This document shows positions 26,216 through 35,541 of a stretch of DNA of 44,127 nucleotides, piece by piece (positions within the stretch are counted from its first letter, which is position 1; each line of letters begins with the position of its first letter). The notes beneath the pieces are model-generated. The model saw only the letters and a program-made list of their open reading frames with translations. It was not told the DNA's origin and did no database searches. Made by a program: the position numbers and the translations under genes. The DNA is from Candidatus Magasanikiibacteriota bacterium (GTDB lineage: Bacteria; Patescibacteriota; Patescibacteriia; Magasanikbacterales; GWA2-37-8): positions 22,640-66,766 of the forward strand of contig CALRGC010000004.1 of assembly GCA_943357105.1 (NCBI GenBank). The letters are read 5' to 3'.

Positions 26216-26938
26216 TTATAGCTGTTGTAAGGCTTTGTTGGCATCATCTAAAAACTGGACAACAGTTTCTTTTGTTCGAGCTGACAACAGACATTTCGCG
26301 ATTACCTCCGGAGGTATAGTAAGAATATGCGCACCGCTCTTACTCCACAGATCCACATTCTCCGGACTGCGCACGGAACCAACAATTATTTCAATATTTT
26401 TATAATTATGAAAATCAAGCCACTGTCTCACTTCTTTTAGCACTTTTTGCGCTTGCTCCACCCCGTGCTCCTCGGAAATTCTACCCGCAAAAATACTTAT
26501 AAAATGCGTTTTTTTAACTTGACTTTTTGATAAACCGGCATTAATAGCCTTGGCAGCCAAAATAGCCTGATTAAAGGTCATCATGGCGGTAACGTTGACC
26601 GAAATACCTTCAGAAACCAGCTGATAAATAGCCGGCAAAAGCGAGCTACCGTTTCTATCAGTGATGGTAACTTTTACTGAAATATTTTCGGCCCAAGCAT
26701 TATACTTTCTAGCCTCAACAAGAATTTCGTCAATCTTATCTGTTGTCACTTCCACACTTAATGGACGAGGTGCAATCAAAGCGGCGATCTCAAGCGCTCT
26801 TTTTTTTATTCCTTCTTCACCACCTTTAACGCCAGATTTTAAACAAATACTTGGATTGGTAGTAACACCATCACAAAGCCCCCAACTTATATATTTTTCA
26901 ACTTCTCCGACTTCGGCACTATCGATAAATATTTTCAT
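26216..26938 (-). CDS. Transaldolase / fructose-6-phosphate aldolase family (class I aldolase, TalC/FSA type)
   Basis: MKIFIDSAEVGEVEKYISWGLCDGVTTNPS and ISVKVT (Schiff-base Lys position), 240 aa. Confidence 0.75.
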   Translation of the reverse strand: MKIFIDSAEVGEVEKYISWGLCDGVTTNPSICLKSGVKGGEEGIKKRALEIAALIAPRPLSVEVTTDKIDEILVEARKYNAWAENISVKVTITDRNGSSLLPAIYQLVSEGISVNVTAMMTFNQAILAAKAINAGLSKSQVKKTHFISIFAGRISEEHGVEQAQKVLKEVRQWLDFHNYKNIEIIVGSVRSPENVDLWSKSGAHILTIPPEVIAKCLLSARTKETVVQFLDDANKALQQL

Positions 26939-26952
26939 ATTATTTATAATAA

Positions 26953-27468
26953 TTAAATAAAATCAAACATTTCCCTAATATTAGTAATTACATAATCTGC
27001 CAACTCCACAGCATCATTATTGTATTCACGTTGCAACAGAATTGTTTTGCAACCAGCGGCTTTACCTGCCAACATATCGCGTCTTGTATCTCCTAATAGA
27101 TACGACTTAGTTAAATCAATACCATTTTTTTCGGCTGATTTTATGATTAGACCCGGTTCTGGTTTACGACAACTGCATTGATCAAGATCGTCATGCGGGC
27201 AAAGATTAATCTCATCAACCAGCAACTCCTTTTCTAACAAAGCGTGCATCTCGTCCAATATTTCTACAGCCATGAGACCGCGCGCGATATCCGGTTGGTT
27301 AGTAACGATAATATTTTTAAATTCAAGCTCTCTTGTTCTTTGAAAATGTTCGCTAATTTCTTGCGTTAACTTAAAATCTATAAATTTTCTTGGACTCAAC
27401 GCCTTATTGTTAACAATCGTAACCTCATTAATAACTCCATCACGATCCCAGAAGATGGCCTTTGTCAT
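26953..27468 (-). CDS. gmhB: D-glycero-D-manno-heptose 1,7-bisphosphate phosphatase (HAD, GmhB type)
   Basis: AIFWDRDGVINE (DxD nucleophile motif), the zinc-finger insert CPHDDLDQCSCRKP (CxHx6CxC RKP) and LLGDTRRD. Confidence 0.75.
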   Translation of the reverse strand: MTKAIFWDRDGVINEVTIVNNKALSPRKFIDFKLTQEISEHFQRTRELEFKNIIVTNQPDIARGLMAVEILDEMHALLEKELLVDEINLCPHDDLDQCSCRKPEPGLIIKSAEKNGIDLTKSYLLGDTRRDMLAGKAAGCKTILLQREYNNDAVELADYVITNIREMFDFI

Positions 27469-28034
27469 AACTGCTTTAGCAAATTTACTAACAAATGATT
27501 GACTAATAATTGAAAATCCTCAGTATAAGGAGTTATCATAGATTCTTCGACTGTTGGGACTACCAAGCAAGCATCGGCCATTTGAGCGGTAACACCGGTG
27601 TTTCTACCAACAACCCCAAGAATTTTTGCTCCCACAACTTTCGCGTACTCTATTGCCTGCACTAAATTTTTAGAGACGGTTTGTGTGCCTCCGCCAACCG
27701 AAAAAATAAATAGACAATCTTTGGCGGTAAAATGATGCATTTCTAGTTGGCGTTTGAAAACTGAGTCCCAACCTTCATCATTCGCCAAAGCACTAAACAA
27801 TGCTACGTTATCGGTAAGACAAAAAGTAGAGATATTGGCGATTTTATTAAAATCATTAGTAGCGTGGGAAGCCGAGGCTGCCCCTCCACCTATCCCTAAA
27901 AAAAATACTCTTCCTTGTGATTCCCGTGTGATTAAAAGAACATCAGCCATTTTTTCTAAATTCTCACGACTACAACTTTCAGCTATTTGAGCTGATCTTT
28001 TTAAATATAGATCAATAAAGTTATGCTTGTCCAT
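27465..28034 (-). CDS. gmhA: SIS-domain sedoheptulose-7-phosphate isomerase (GmhA-like)
   Basis: 189-aa single SIS domain with FFLGIGGGAASASHATNDF, FIFSVGGGT and GAKILGVVG. ATGA overlap with gmhB. Confidence 0.7.
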   Translation of the reverse strand: MDKHNFIDLYLKRSAQIAESCSRENLEKMADVLLITRESQGRVFFLGIGGGAASASHATNDFNKIANISTFCLTDNVALFSALANDEGWDSVFKRQLEMHHFTAKDCLFIFSVGGGTQTVSKNLVQAIEYAKVVGAKILGVVGRNTGVTAQMADACLVVPTVEESMITPYTEDFQLLVNHLLVNLLKQL

Positions 28035-28039
28035 AAATG

Positions 28040-29041
28040 CTAAAAATTAATAATTTTTTTATTTTTAGATGAAGAATACAAACCAGCTATTAATTTATTG
28101 GCCATCATACCATCAAAACCGTTGCCATTCGGCTGAATCTTTTTGGCAATAGATGATCTAAAATTCTTCCATTCTTCTTCCCATGATGTATCACGATCAT
28201 AAAAAAAATCTTGCTCCGCAGGTCGGGTGCCAAGTTCTTTTCTCCTACCAATTTTCAACGTTTCTCTGCCGTAACTGCCTCCTTTTCCTTCAATATTAAT
28301 ATATCCTCTCTTACCAAAAATGTCAATCATAAATCTATTTTTCCATTGGGTGGCACTGACGTGCATTTGAGCGACCTTACCGTCAAATGTACGAAGGGTA
28401 CAGAAAGCATTATCATCCAATTTTGATTTGTCCCAAAACATATTTTCACAGAACGCCATACCTTCTTTAAACTCCCCTAAAAACCAACGAAAAAGGTCGA
28501 GTATATGAACGCCTTGGTCAAGCAATTCACCTCCGCCAGAAAATTTTTCATTCATTCTCCATTCCAAATCATAGCCTTTTCTTCCACCGTGGCCATAAAC
28601 TGCGCGCATGTACATCAATTCACCGATCGCCCCTTTGGCTACTAAATCGTGCGCTTTTCGCACTGCTAAATGAAAGCGATGATTAAAACCAACTTTTAAC
28701 ATTACCTTATTTTTTTGGGCGTATGTGTAAATTTTTTTTGCTTCAAGATAATTAATTCCTAACGGTTTTTCACACAAAATATTTTTCTTATAACGTATCG
28801 CTTCCAAACACAGTGGCGCGGAAACATTACTAACAGTAGCGATAATAACAGCCTCAATATTTTTATCTTTAAAAATATCCGTGCTACTTTTGGCTATAGC
28901 ACATCCGACTTTTTGCGCCAAAGCAGTGCTTCTCACTAGATCGGTATCAAAAATGGACACAATCCTATCTTTTTTAAATTTCATAATAACTTCTGCCCGT
29001 TTAGCACCAATAAACCCCGCTCCGATAATACCAACGTTCAT
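28040..29041 (-). CDS. Gfo/Idh/MocA-family NAD(P)-dependent oxidoreductase
   Basis: MNVGIIGAGFIGAKRA Rossmann N-terminus and the ILCEKPL motif, 333 aa. Confidence 0.75.
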   Translation of the reverse strand: MNVGIIGAGFIGAKRAEVIMKFKKDRIVSIFDTDLVRSTALAQKVGCAIAKSSTDIFKDKNIEAVIIATVSNVSAPLCLEAIRYKKNILCEKPLGINYLEAKKIYTYAQKNKVMLKVGFNHRFHLAVRKAHDLVAKGAIGELMYMRAVYGHGGRKGYDLEWRMNEKFSGGGELLDQGVHILDLFRWFLGEFKEGMAFCENMFWDKSKLDDNAFCTLRTFDGKVAQMHVSATQWKNRFMIDIFGKRGYINIEGKGGSYGRETLKIGRRKELGTRPAEQDFFYDRDTSWEEEWKNFRSSIAKKIQPNGNGFDGMMANKLIAGLYSSSKNKKIINF

Positions 29042-29044
29042 ATA

Positions 29045-29902
29045 TTACTTAATTATTTCTTGAAAATACTTATTGTCGATACGACGCAATGTAAGTTCCG
29101 AAGATTTTTTTAAACGTTCCAGTTCAACTTCATTCCATTCATTCCAACTATCCCATTTGGCGCTAATTAACTTACCAGTAAGATTAAGAGAGCGATCACT
29201 AACCAAAAACGCAGTCAAGTCAGCCGCCAATTGTGGCGAATCTCCACCATCTTTTTTTTGATTAACAATTTTTTCGTAAAATTTTTCTCCGACCATTTTG
29301 GCGCCAGCCTCTAACGATTCGTCAAGTAGTCTAGTATTCACTGCGCCTGGTGCGATGGCGTTAATTTGAATATTGTAAGATTTATATTCCTCAGCAATTG
29401 TTTCGGTGAAACGAACGACTGCCGCCTTGGAAGTGGCGTAACTGGAAAAATTGGGGAACGTATTGACCGCACCGCCGCCGGAAAAATTAATTATTTTACC
29501 GGCTTTATTTTTAAGCATTATTGGTAAGACAGCATGGGTACAGTGCGCTGTTCCCACCAGATTGATCTGGATAGTTTTAGTCCAAAGACATATATCGTTA
29601 GTATCAAATTGACCAATCGGCCCATATACACCGGCGGCATTGACCAAAATATCAATAGTGTGAAATTTTTCTATAACAAATTGAACAACTTTTTTTACTT
29701 GTTCATAGTCCGAAACATCAGCCTCTTTTATTACTATAGTTAGTCCGACCGCGTTTAGCTCATTTTGAAGAATTTTTAACTCATCAAGCGATCGAGAAAT
29801 AGCCACGACTCGACAGCCTTGTCTAGCCAGCGTTTCCACAATAGTCCGACCGATCCCCTTGCTGCCCCCCGTGATAAGGGCTACTTTGTCTTGTAATATC
29901 AT
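29045..29902 (-). CDS. Classical short-chain dehydrogenase/reductase (FabG-like SDR)
   Basis: KVALITGGSKGIGR, NAAG and SSYATSKAAV (YxxxK). The probable start is 29902 (MILQDKVALITGG); the track start at 29953 runs into the upstream gene. Confidence 0.75.
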   Translation of the reverse strand: MILQDKVALITGGSKGIGRTIVETLARQGCRVVAISRSLDELKILQNELNAVGLTIVIKEADVSDYEQVKKVVQFVIEKFHTIDILVNAAGVYGPIGQFDTNDICLWTKTIQINLVGTAHCTHAVLPIMLKNKAGKIINFSGGGAVNTFPNFSSYATSKAAVVRFTETIAEEYKSYNIQINAIAPGAVNTRLLDESLEAGAKMVGEKFYEKIVNQKKDGGDSPQLAADLTAFLVSDRSLNLTGKLISAKWDSWNEWNEVELERLKKSSELTLRRIDNKYFQEIIK

Positions 29903-29912
29903 ACAATTGAAA

Positions 29913-31217
29913 TTATTTAGCGTTAAAGCCAATACCATAATATCTAAAACCATTCTTCTTTATACCTTCTGAATCCAAAAAATTCTTACAGTCTACAACC
30001 ACTGCCTTCGGTGCTATTTTTTTTATTTTCGCGAAATCAAGTTCTTTAAACTCAGGCCAATCCGTGACAAGCAAAATTGCCACTACGTCAGCTACTGCAC
30101 TGTAAGCATCAGTGGCGAGCTGTATATTTTCCAAAATTTTCAAAGGAGAAGTTATTTTCGGATCAAACGCCTTGACCCGAGCGCCGGCTCGCAATAATTT
30201 CTTAGCCAACTCGACAGACATAGAACGACGCAAGGTGCTAGTTCCAGGTTTATATGTGAGTCCAAGAATGGCGATTTTTTTATTTTTTAGAGAGCCTACG
30301 CTATTTTTTATTTTTTCAATAACTTTTTTCTGACGAGCTTGATTTACCTCTCGAACAGCATTTATTAAATGCATTTTTACTGAACGTAATTTTCCTAAAT
30401 TACTTAAAATAGCGATATCTCGACCAAGTGTTCCACCCGCATAACCCATACCAGGACTTAGAAAAGCCTGTGCGCCGATACGCCGATCGGCTTTGAGTCC
30501 AGCGGCCACACGACGCACGTCCGCTCCGGTAACCTCACACATGTCAGCAATTTCATTGATGAAACTAATTGACATAGCCAAAAAAGCATTCGTAGCGTGT
30601 TTAACCATTTCCGCACTTTCAAGGTCCATATAAAATTTCGGAGCATCAATTACTTTATAAAAATCTTCCACCGTCCTCTGCACCGTTACATCCTCCAGAC
30701 CAATAATTACTCGATCTGGTTCCAAAAATTTTTTGATCGCCTGGCCGAGCATAATATTTTCCGGATTATACACAATCGTGCATTTCATTGACGCTCGAAG
30801 CTTTAGCATAAACTGCTTTAAAAATCGACAACTACCGATAGGCACCTGGCTCATGATAATAATTATACAATCATCAGAGGCAAACTGAGCGATTTTTTCA
30901 CAGGCTTTGTAGATCACCGTCATATCAGGCTCATCATGACTATTGACCGGAGTATCAAAAGCGATAACAATAAACTTCTTTTTTTCTAAAGCACTTTTGA
31001 AGTCAGTAGTAAAATTGAGTCTCCCCTTTGCCTTATTTTTCTTAATAAGATCCGCTAAACCAGGTTCAAATAATGGAGGCAAGTTTGATTCTAAATCATG
31101 CATTATTTTTTTATCAAAATCAATACCAGTTACCAGATAACCTTTGTCAGCTAAACCGGCGGAAACGGTACACCCCAAATGCCATAAACCGATAACAGCT
31201 ACTTTAGTTTCGCTCAT
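29913..31217 (-). CDS. UDP-glucose/GDP-mannose dehydrogenase family protein with the catalytic Cys replaced by Thr
   Basis: KVAVIGLWHLGC, NPENIMLGQA and EMVKHATNAFLA (Lys/Asn retained). FLSPGMGYAGGTLGRDIAIL aligns with the canonical FL.PG.GFGGSCFPKD, placing Thr263 (codon ACA, rc of 30429-30431) at the nucleophile position. Confidence 0.8.
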   Translation of the reverse strand: MSETKVAVIGLWHLGCTVSAGLADKGYLVTGIDFDKKIMHDLESNLPPLFEPGLADLIKKNKAKGRLNFTTDFKSALEKKKFIVIAFDTPVNSHDEPDMTVIYKACEKIAQFASDDCIIIIMSQVPIGSCRFLKQFMLKLRASMKCTIVYNPENIMLGQAIKKFLEPDRVIIGLEDVTVQRTVEDFYKVIDAPKFYMDLESAEMVKHATNAFLAMSISFINEIADMCEVTGADVRRVAAGLKADRRIGAQAFLSPGMGYAGGTLGRDIAILSNLGKLRSVKMHLINAVREVNQARQKKVIEKIKNSVGSLKNKKIAILGLTYKPGTSTLRRSMSVELAKKLLRAGARVKAFDPKITSPLKILENIQLATDAYSAVADVVAILLVTDWPEFKELDFAKIKKIAPKAVVVDCKNFLDSEGIKKNGFRYYGIGFNAK

Positions 31218-31237
31218 ATACTAAAATTAATATAATT

Positions 31238-32224
31238 TTAAAAATTAACAATCACTTTTGACCCCTCTTCCTCGAACCTGAAAGGCATTTCTACCAAACC
31301 ATTCTGTTTCATCGCGTTGCGAATACCATTTTTGTCACCTGGACAATAAAAAACTAAAAAACCACCACCACCCGCTCCCATAATCTTACCGCCTAAAGCA
31401 CCGTGCTCTTTAGCTAACGCATATAATTTGTCAATTTTTGGATCAGACATTTTGGTTGACATTGTCTTTTTTATTTGCCAATGATCATCCATAAGTCTAC
31501 CAAAATCATCCAACTCGCCTTTTTCAATGGCGTTTTTAATTTCTATTCCAATTTCTTTAATCTTTAACAATGATTGTGTCACGTCGCTCTGTTTATTTTC
31601 AGCGGCTGTACTTTGTTCACCAAGAATATTCATCGCATCGCGAGAGATACCGGTATAAAAAATAACTAACCTATTTTGCAACTTCTCTATTGTATCTGGC
31701 GCGATCTGCGCGTTTGATACTTCTACTCGTCCATTACGATCAATATTCATAATGGTAAAACCACCAAATGCCGCCAGATACTGATCCTGCTTCCCCACCG
31801 GTTTGTGCAATAGATCAATCTCAATATGACAAGCTTCCTCGGCTAATTCTTGAACGCTTAAACCCTTGTGTGTTAATGCTTGTAGACCCTTTAAAAGACC
31901 AACGAGATATGAGCCAGACGAACCCATTCCAGTACCTTCCGGCACATCGGCCATTGAGGCAATCTCAATACTGTCTTTAATACCATAATATTCCAAAGCA
32001 GCGCGGGCAAGCTGATGTTGTACCTGCGTCACATTTTCTACCATCTCCGTACGTGAATATTTAAGGCGTATAAGCGAATCAACCACTGGTCGGTTTATAG
32101 TAATATACATATACTTATCAATCGCCACACTAAACAAAAAACCGCCGTGCTGTTTGTAAAAAGCAGGTAAGTCAGTACCTCCACCACCCAGAGGAATTCT
32201 AAAAGGTGTTCGCGTTAAAATCAT
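31238..32224 (-). CDS. hddA: GHMP-family sugar kinase, D-glycero-alpha-D-manno-heptose 7-phosphate kinase-like
   Basis: MILTRTPFRIPLGGGGTDLPAFY, PEGTGMGSSGS (GHMP motif II) and GAGGGGFLVFY. Confidence 0.7.
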   Translation of the reverse strand: MILTRTPFRIPLGGGGTDLPAFYKQHGGFLFSVAIDKYMYITINRPVVDSLIRLKYSRTEMVENVTQVQHQLARAALEYYGIKDSIEIASMADVPEGTGMGSSGSYLVGLLKGLQALTHKGLSVQELAEEACHIEIDLLHKPVGKQDQYLAAFGGFTIMNIDRNGRVEVSNAQIAPDTIEKLQNRLVIFYTGISRDAMNILGEQSTAAENKQSDVTQSLLKIKEIGIEIKNAIEKGELDDFGRLMDDHWQIKKTMSTKMSDPKIDKLYALAKEHGALGGKIMGAGGGGFLVFYCPGDKNGIRNAMKQNGLVEMPFRFEEEGSKVIVNF

Positions 32225-32247
32225 AATATTAAATTTTATAGATAAAA

Positions 32248-32964
32248 TTATTTTATTTTTTTAAAAAATGTCTGAGTCTTTTCATAGCATTCTATCGTAT
32301 CACACCCAAAAACATATTCTTTATCACCAAGCTGGTAAGTGTTTATAGTAATACCATTTTGTAAAAGTTGTGGGAATAGATCTTTGCCAAAATCGTACTT
32401 TTGTCCAGTGGGGATATATTTAAAAATTTTAGGATCAAGTACATATACTCCGGCGTTGACTAGATCGCTAATTGCCGCACCACCCTCAATAAATTGACGC
32501 ACGCTGTGATCTTCATTAATGAGCACACGACCACCGGCAATGCCGCTATTCTTGTTCTTTTTTATATCAAAGAGCGCTATTGTACAAATAGCTTTACTTT
32601 TCTGATGAGCCAATAAAAGCGAAGCCAGATTACAGTTGGTAAAATTATCGCCATATAAAAGGAAAAATGGTTCGGTTAATTTCTCTTCAACATTTTTTAC
32701 ACCGCCGGCGCTACCAAGTAATTCTTTTTCTTTGGAATAATCAATATGTACACCAAACTGATTACCATCCTGAAAATAATCGACGATCTTGTTTGGTTGA
32801 TAATATACATTGATAACCAAATCTCTAATTCCATAACTCTTGGCTAAATTAATATTATGCTCCAAAAGCGGCTTACCGCCGATCTCAACCATAACTTTTG
32901 AAATAGTATCAGTCAATGGACGCAACCTAGTTCCCTCTCCAGCGGCTAAAATCATTGCTTTCAT
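32248..32964 (-). CDS. hddC: Sugar-1-phosphate nucleotidyltransferase, heptose-1-phosphate guanylyltransferase-like
   Basis: MKAMILAAGEGTRLRPLT signature, 238 aa, immediately upstream of the hddA-like kinase. Confidence 0.65.
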   Translation of the reverse strand: MKAMILAAGEGTRLRPLTDTISKVMVEIGGKPLLEHNINLAKSYGIRDLVINVYYQPNKIVDYFQDGNQFGVHIDYSKEKELLGSAGGVKNVEEKLTEPFFLLYGDNFTNCNLASLLLAHQKSKAICTIALFDIKKNKNSGIAGGRVLINEDHSVRQFIEGGAAISDLVNAGVYVLDPKIFKYIPTGQKYDFGKDLFPQLLQNGITINTYQLGDKEYVFGCDTIECYEKTQTFFKKIK

Positions 32965-33911
32965 AGTACGTGCTGTTTAATGTAAGCGATTTGTTCTTTA
33001 ATTCCTTGTTCAAGAGTGGTCTGTGGTTGCCAACCAAGGGCACGCAATTTGGCGCAATCAGCGAGCGTTATTTCAGCTTCACCAGTTAAATTATTCAGGT
33101 ATTGCGCTTCGACATGAACCCCAACGAGGTCTTTAATTATTTTATAAATTTCATTTACAGAATAATTTTTGCCAGAACCAATATTATAGACTTCATTATT
33201 CGCCTTTTCTTCGTTCATCAAAAGTACGTGGGCGTCGTTGATATCATCAACATAAATAAAATCACGCTTTTTTTCTCCGGTGCCGTATATAACCGGCTGT
33301 TTGCCCTGCAATAACTGAATAATGAAAGCGGACATAAGCGGTGGAATGGTCCGACGATAATCTTGTCGGGGACCGTACACATTAAAATAACGCAAACCGA
33401 TACTGTCCAAATTATAAAATTCTTTATAAGCCTGCGCAAAATGGTGTCCAGCTACTTTACTACGAGCATAAAAACTGTGTGGGGCCACCGCGCTTTCGGG
33501 CGTAGGAAATTGATTACTTCCTTCATATACCGCCGAACTTTCGGCGTAAATCACTTTTTTAACGCCAGCGCGCACACTTGCCTCAAATACATTGACTGTC
33601 CCAGTCACATTGATATCGGACGTAGCGAGCGGATCCTTTTGACAATCACTGATACAATTCTTGGCCGCCAGATGAAAAACATATTTTACACCTTCAAAAA
33701 GCGGATATATTTTCTTTGATCGAATATCGATCTCATGAAAAACAACACCGGCCGGAATTTGTTCTCGAACGCCATACGAAAGATTATCTATACCAACTAC
33801 TTCATATCCTTCCTGGAGTAGCCTGACCGCGAGATTGCTTCCGATAAAACCGGCGACACCGGTGATTAGAACTTTTGTCATATTCAAATTTAAAAATTTA
33901 CTATGATCCAA
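32961..33911 (-). CDS. NAD-dependent nucleotide-sugar epimerase/dehydratase (extended SDR)
   Basis: [19 protein letters not shown] (YxxxK) and RYFNVYGPRQ. An alternative start at 33881 (MTKVLITG) would remove the 11-nt overlap with the upstream gene. Confidence 0.75.
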   Translation of the reverse strand: MDHSKFLNLNMTKVLITGVAGFIGSNLAVRLLQEGYEVVGIDNLSYGVREQIPAGVVFHEIDIRSKKIYPLFEGVKYVFHLAAKNCISDCQKDPLATSDINVTGTVNVFEASVRAGVKKVIYAESSAVYEGSNQFPTPESAVAPHSFYARSKVAGHHFAQAYKEFYNLDSIGLRYFNVYGPRQDYRRTIPPLMSAFIIQLLQGKQPVIYGTGEKKRDFIYVDDINDAHVLLMNEEKANNEVYNIGSGKNYSVNEIYKIIKDLVGVHVEAQYLNNLTGEAEITLADCAKLRALGWQPQTTLEQGIKEQIAYIKQHVL

Positions 33912-34839
33912 AAAATAAAGAAAAATAACGTTTGGATATGGCCTTGAGCTTATTTTTTACTTTCTTTAAAAATGGTGTTAATAAATATTGATTCATATAA
34001 AACTCTTCCGCCTCTTTATTCCTTATCATAAACCTTGGATGTGAAATTTCTCCGATATCATTAGTAACTAGATTTGCAAACTTGTCATTTTCATCGTCAG
34101 AAGAAAGACCGCCATTACCAAAACCAATGTTTGATATTAAATTGACATTTGGGCAGATTGACAAACCTCCATTTGCCCAAACGGCATACACCCAAGGATA
34201 ATCGTATGCTAACACACGTCCATCATAAACTTTCCCGAAGATGTTCAACCAGTATTTTTGAATTTTTTTATCATCAAATATATTTTTTATTTGGTTTTGC
34301 TCCTTAAATTGCGGGAAAGATGTCATTTTTATATCATAGTGCTTCCAGGACCTCCTCCAGGTGGCATAACCCCAGGTACTACTAATTTGCGAAAAGTAAT
34401 AACTTTCCGTGCCCCTTTTTATACCTTGTTGAAAATTAGCACCACTAATAAGCATTATCCTTTCATCATCTCTGTATTTTTGCAGTAGTTCCTCACAATA
34501 TCTAAAAAATGATAGGTGCGGCAAACAATCATCCTCCAAAATAATACCCTCGGGCACTTGTTCAAAAAACCAGGTTATCGCCGAACTAATAGAAACATTA
34601 TGAACGCCATTTTTTTCTCGAAACAAAGTTTTTAGTTCACAATCCCAATCAATTTCTTTAAAAAGCTCTCGCACCATATTTACTTTGTCCGCTTCTCCAA
34701 CCACTTCATCTCTTGGTCCGTCAGAAGCAACGAATAATTGTTTGGGTTTTAACTTTCTAATTTCATTCAAAACAGCGCGGGTTGTTTCCACTCGCTTAAA
34801 AACTATTAATAATATAGGTACATTAAATGCATCGCTCAT
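33901..34839 (-). CDS. GNT-I-like (GT13-like, HlpA-type) nucleotide-diphospho-sugar transferase, paralogue 2
   Basis: PILLIVFKRVETT..LFVASDGPR..ILEDDCLPHLSFFRY..WGYATWRRSW..NLISNIGF is collinear with 9638-10591. Confidence 0.6.
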   Translation of the reverse strand: MSDAFNVPILLIVFKRVETTRAVLNEIRKLKPKQLFVASDGPRDEVVGEADKVNMVRELFKEIDWDCELKTLFREKNGVHNVSISSAITWFFEQVPEGIILEDDCLPHLSFFRYCEELLQKYRDDERIMLISGANFQQGIKRGTESYYFSQISSTWGYATWRRSWKHYDIKMTSFPQFKEQNQIKNIFDDKKIQKYWLNIFGKVYDGRVLAYDYPWVYAVWANGGLSICPNVNLISNIGFGNGGLSSDDENDKFANLVTNDIGEISHPRFMIRNKEAEEFYMNQYLLTPFLKKVKNKLKAISKRYFSLFFGS

Positions 34840-34851
34840 ATATTTTAACTA

Positions 34852-35538
34852 TTAATCTTGAGCATACTCAAAAAATAATGTATTGAGTGTTTTTGCTACT
34901 AAACGATAATGTTTATCTTTTAAAAAATTATAGACTGACGATTCGTTTAATTTTTCAATACTAAAGCCTAATGATTCTACCAGAATATACTTTGGTTTGT
35001 ACTTATCCCAATTGTTTGATTCTAATACCGCCAGATCCAAACCCTCAACATCAATATTTAAAAAATCGATAGCTGTTTCTTTTGGTAATATTGTATCTAA
35101 TAATTCTGACAACTTAATCGTTTTTAACTCAATTACTTCTTTTAGCACACCCCCTTGAAGTATGCAGCTATCAGCCAACTCTTTTGAAAAAGTATTATAG
35201 GCTGATTCGGTAAACGTATAAAAATTAATAACTTTATTATCATTTGAAATACCGGCTTCAATATTAATATCACGCGGTCTAAACTTCTTAAAAATTACCA
35301 TTGATCCGGGCAGAGCATCAACATTAACACCTGCCCAGCCCTTTTTGTAAAAAAAATAAGTATTTGAAAATCTCTTTGGGTGGTGCGCACCAATATCAAC
35401 AAAGAATCCCCTGTCTTTGGATATAAATCTTCTCAACACTAAATCCTCTCCTTCTTGGGCATAGCTCAGACGAAAGTAAAAAAAACTTTTAATGTAATTG
35501 ATGTAGGACGATAGCCGAAAAAATTTTTTAATCTTCAT
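34852..35538 (-). CDS. FkbM-family SAM-dependent methyltransferase
   Basis: YAQEGEDLVL, GFFVDIGAHHP and FLNIDVEGLDLAVLES. Confidence 0.7.
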   Translation of the reverse strand: MKIKKFFRLSSYINYIKSFFYFRLSYAQEGEDLVLRRFISKDRGFFVDIGAHHPKRFSNTYFFYKKGWAGVNVDALPGSMVIFKKFRPRDINIEAGISNDNKVINFYTFTESAYNTFSKELADSCILQGGVLKEVIELKTIKLSELLDTILPKETAIDFLNIDVEGLDLAVLESNNWDKYKPKYILVESLGFSIEKLNESSVYNFLKDKHYRLVAKTLNTLFFEYAQD

Positions 35539-35541
35539 ATC

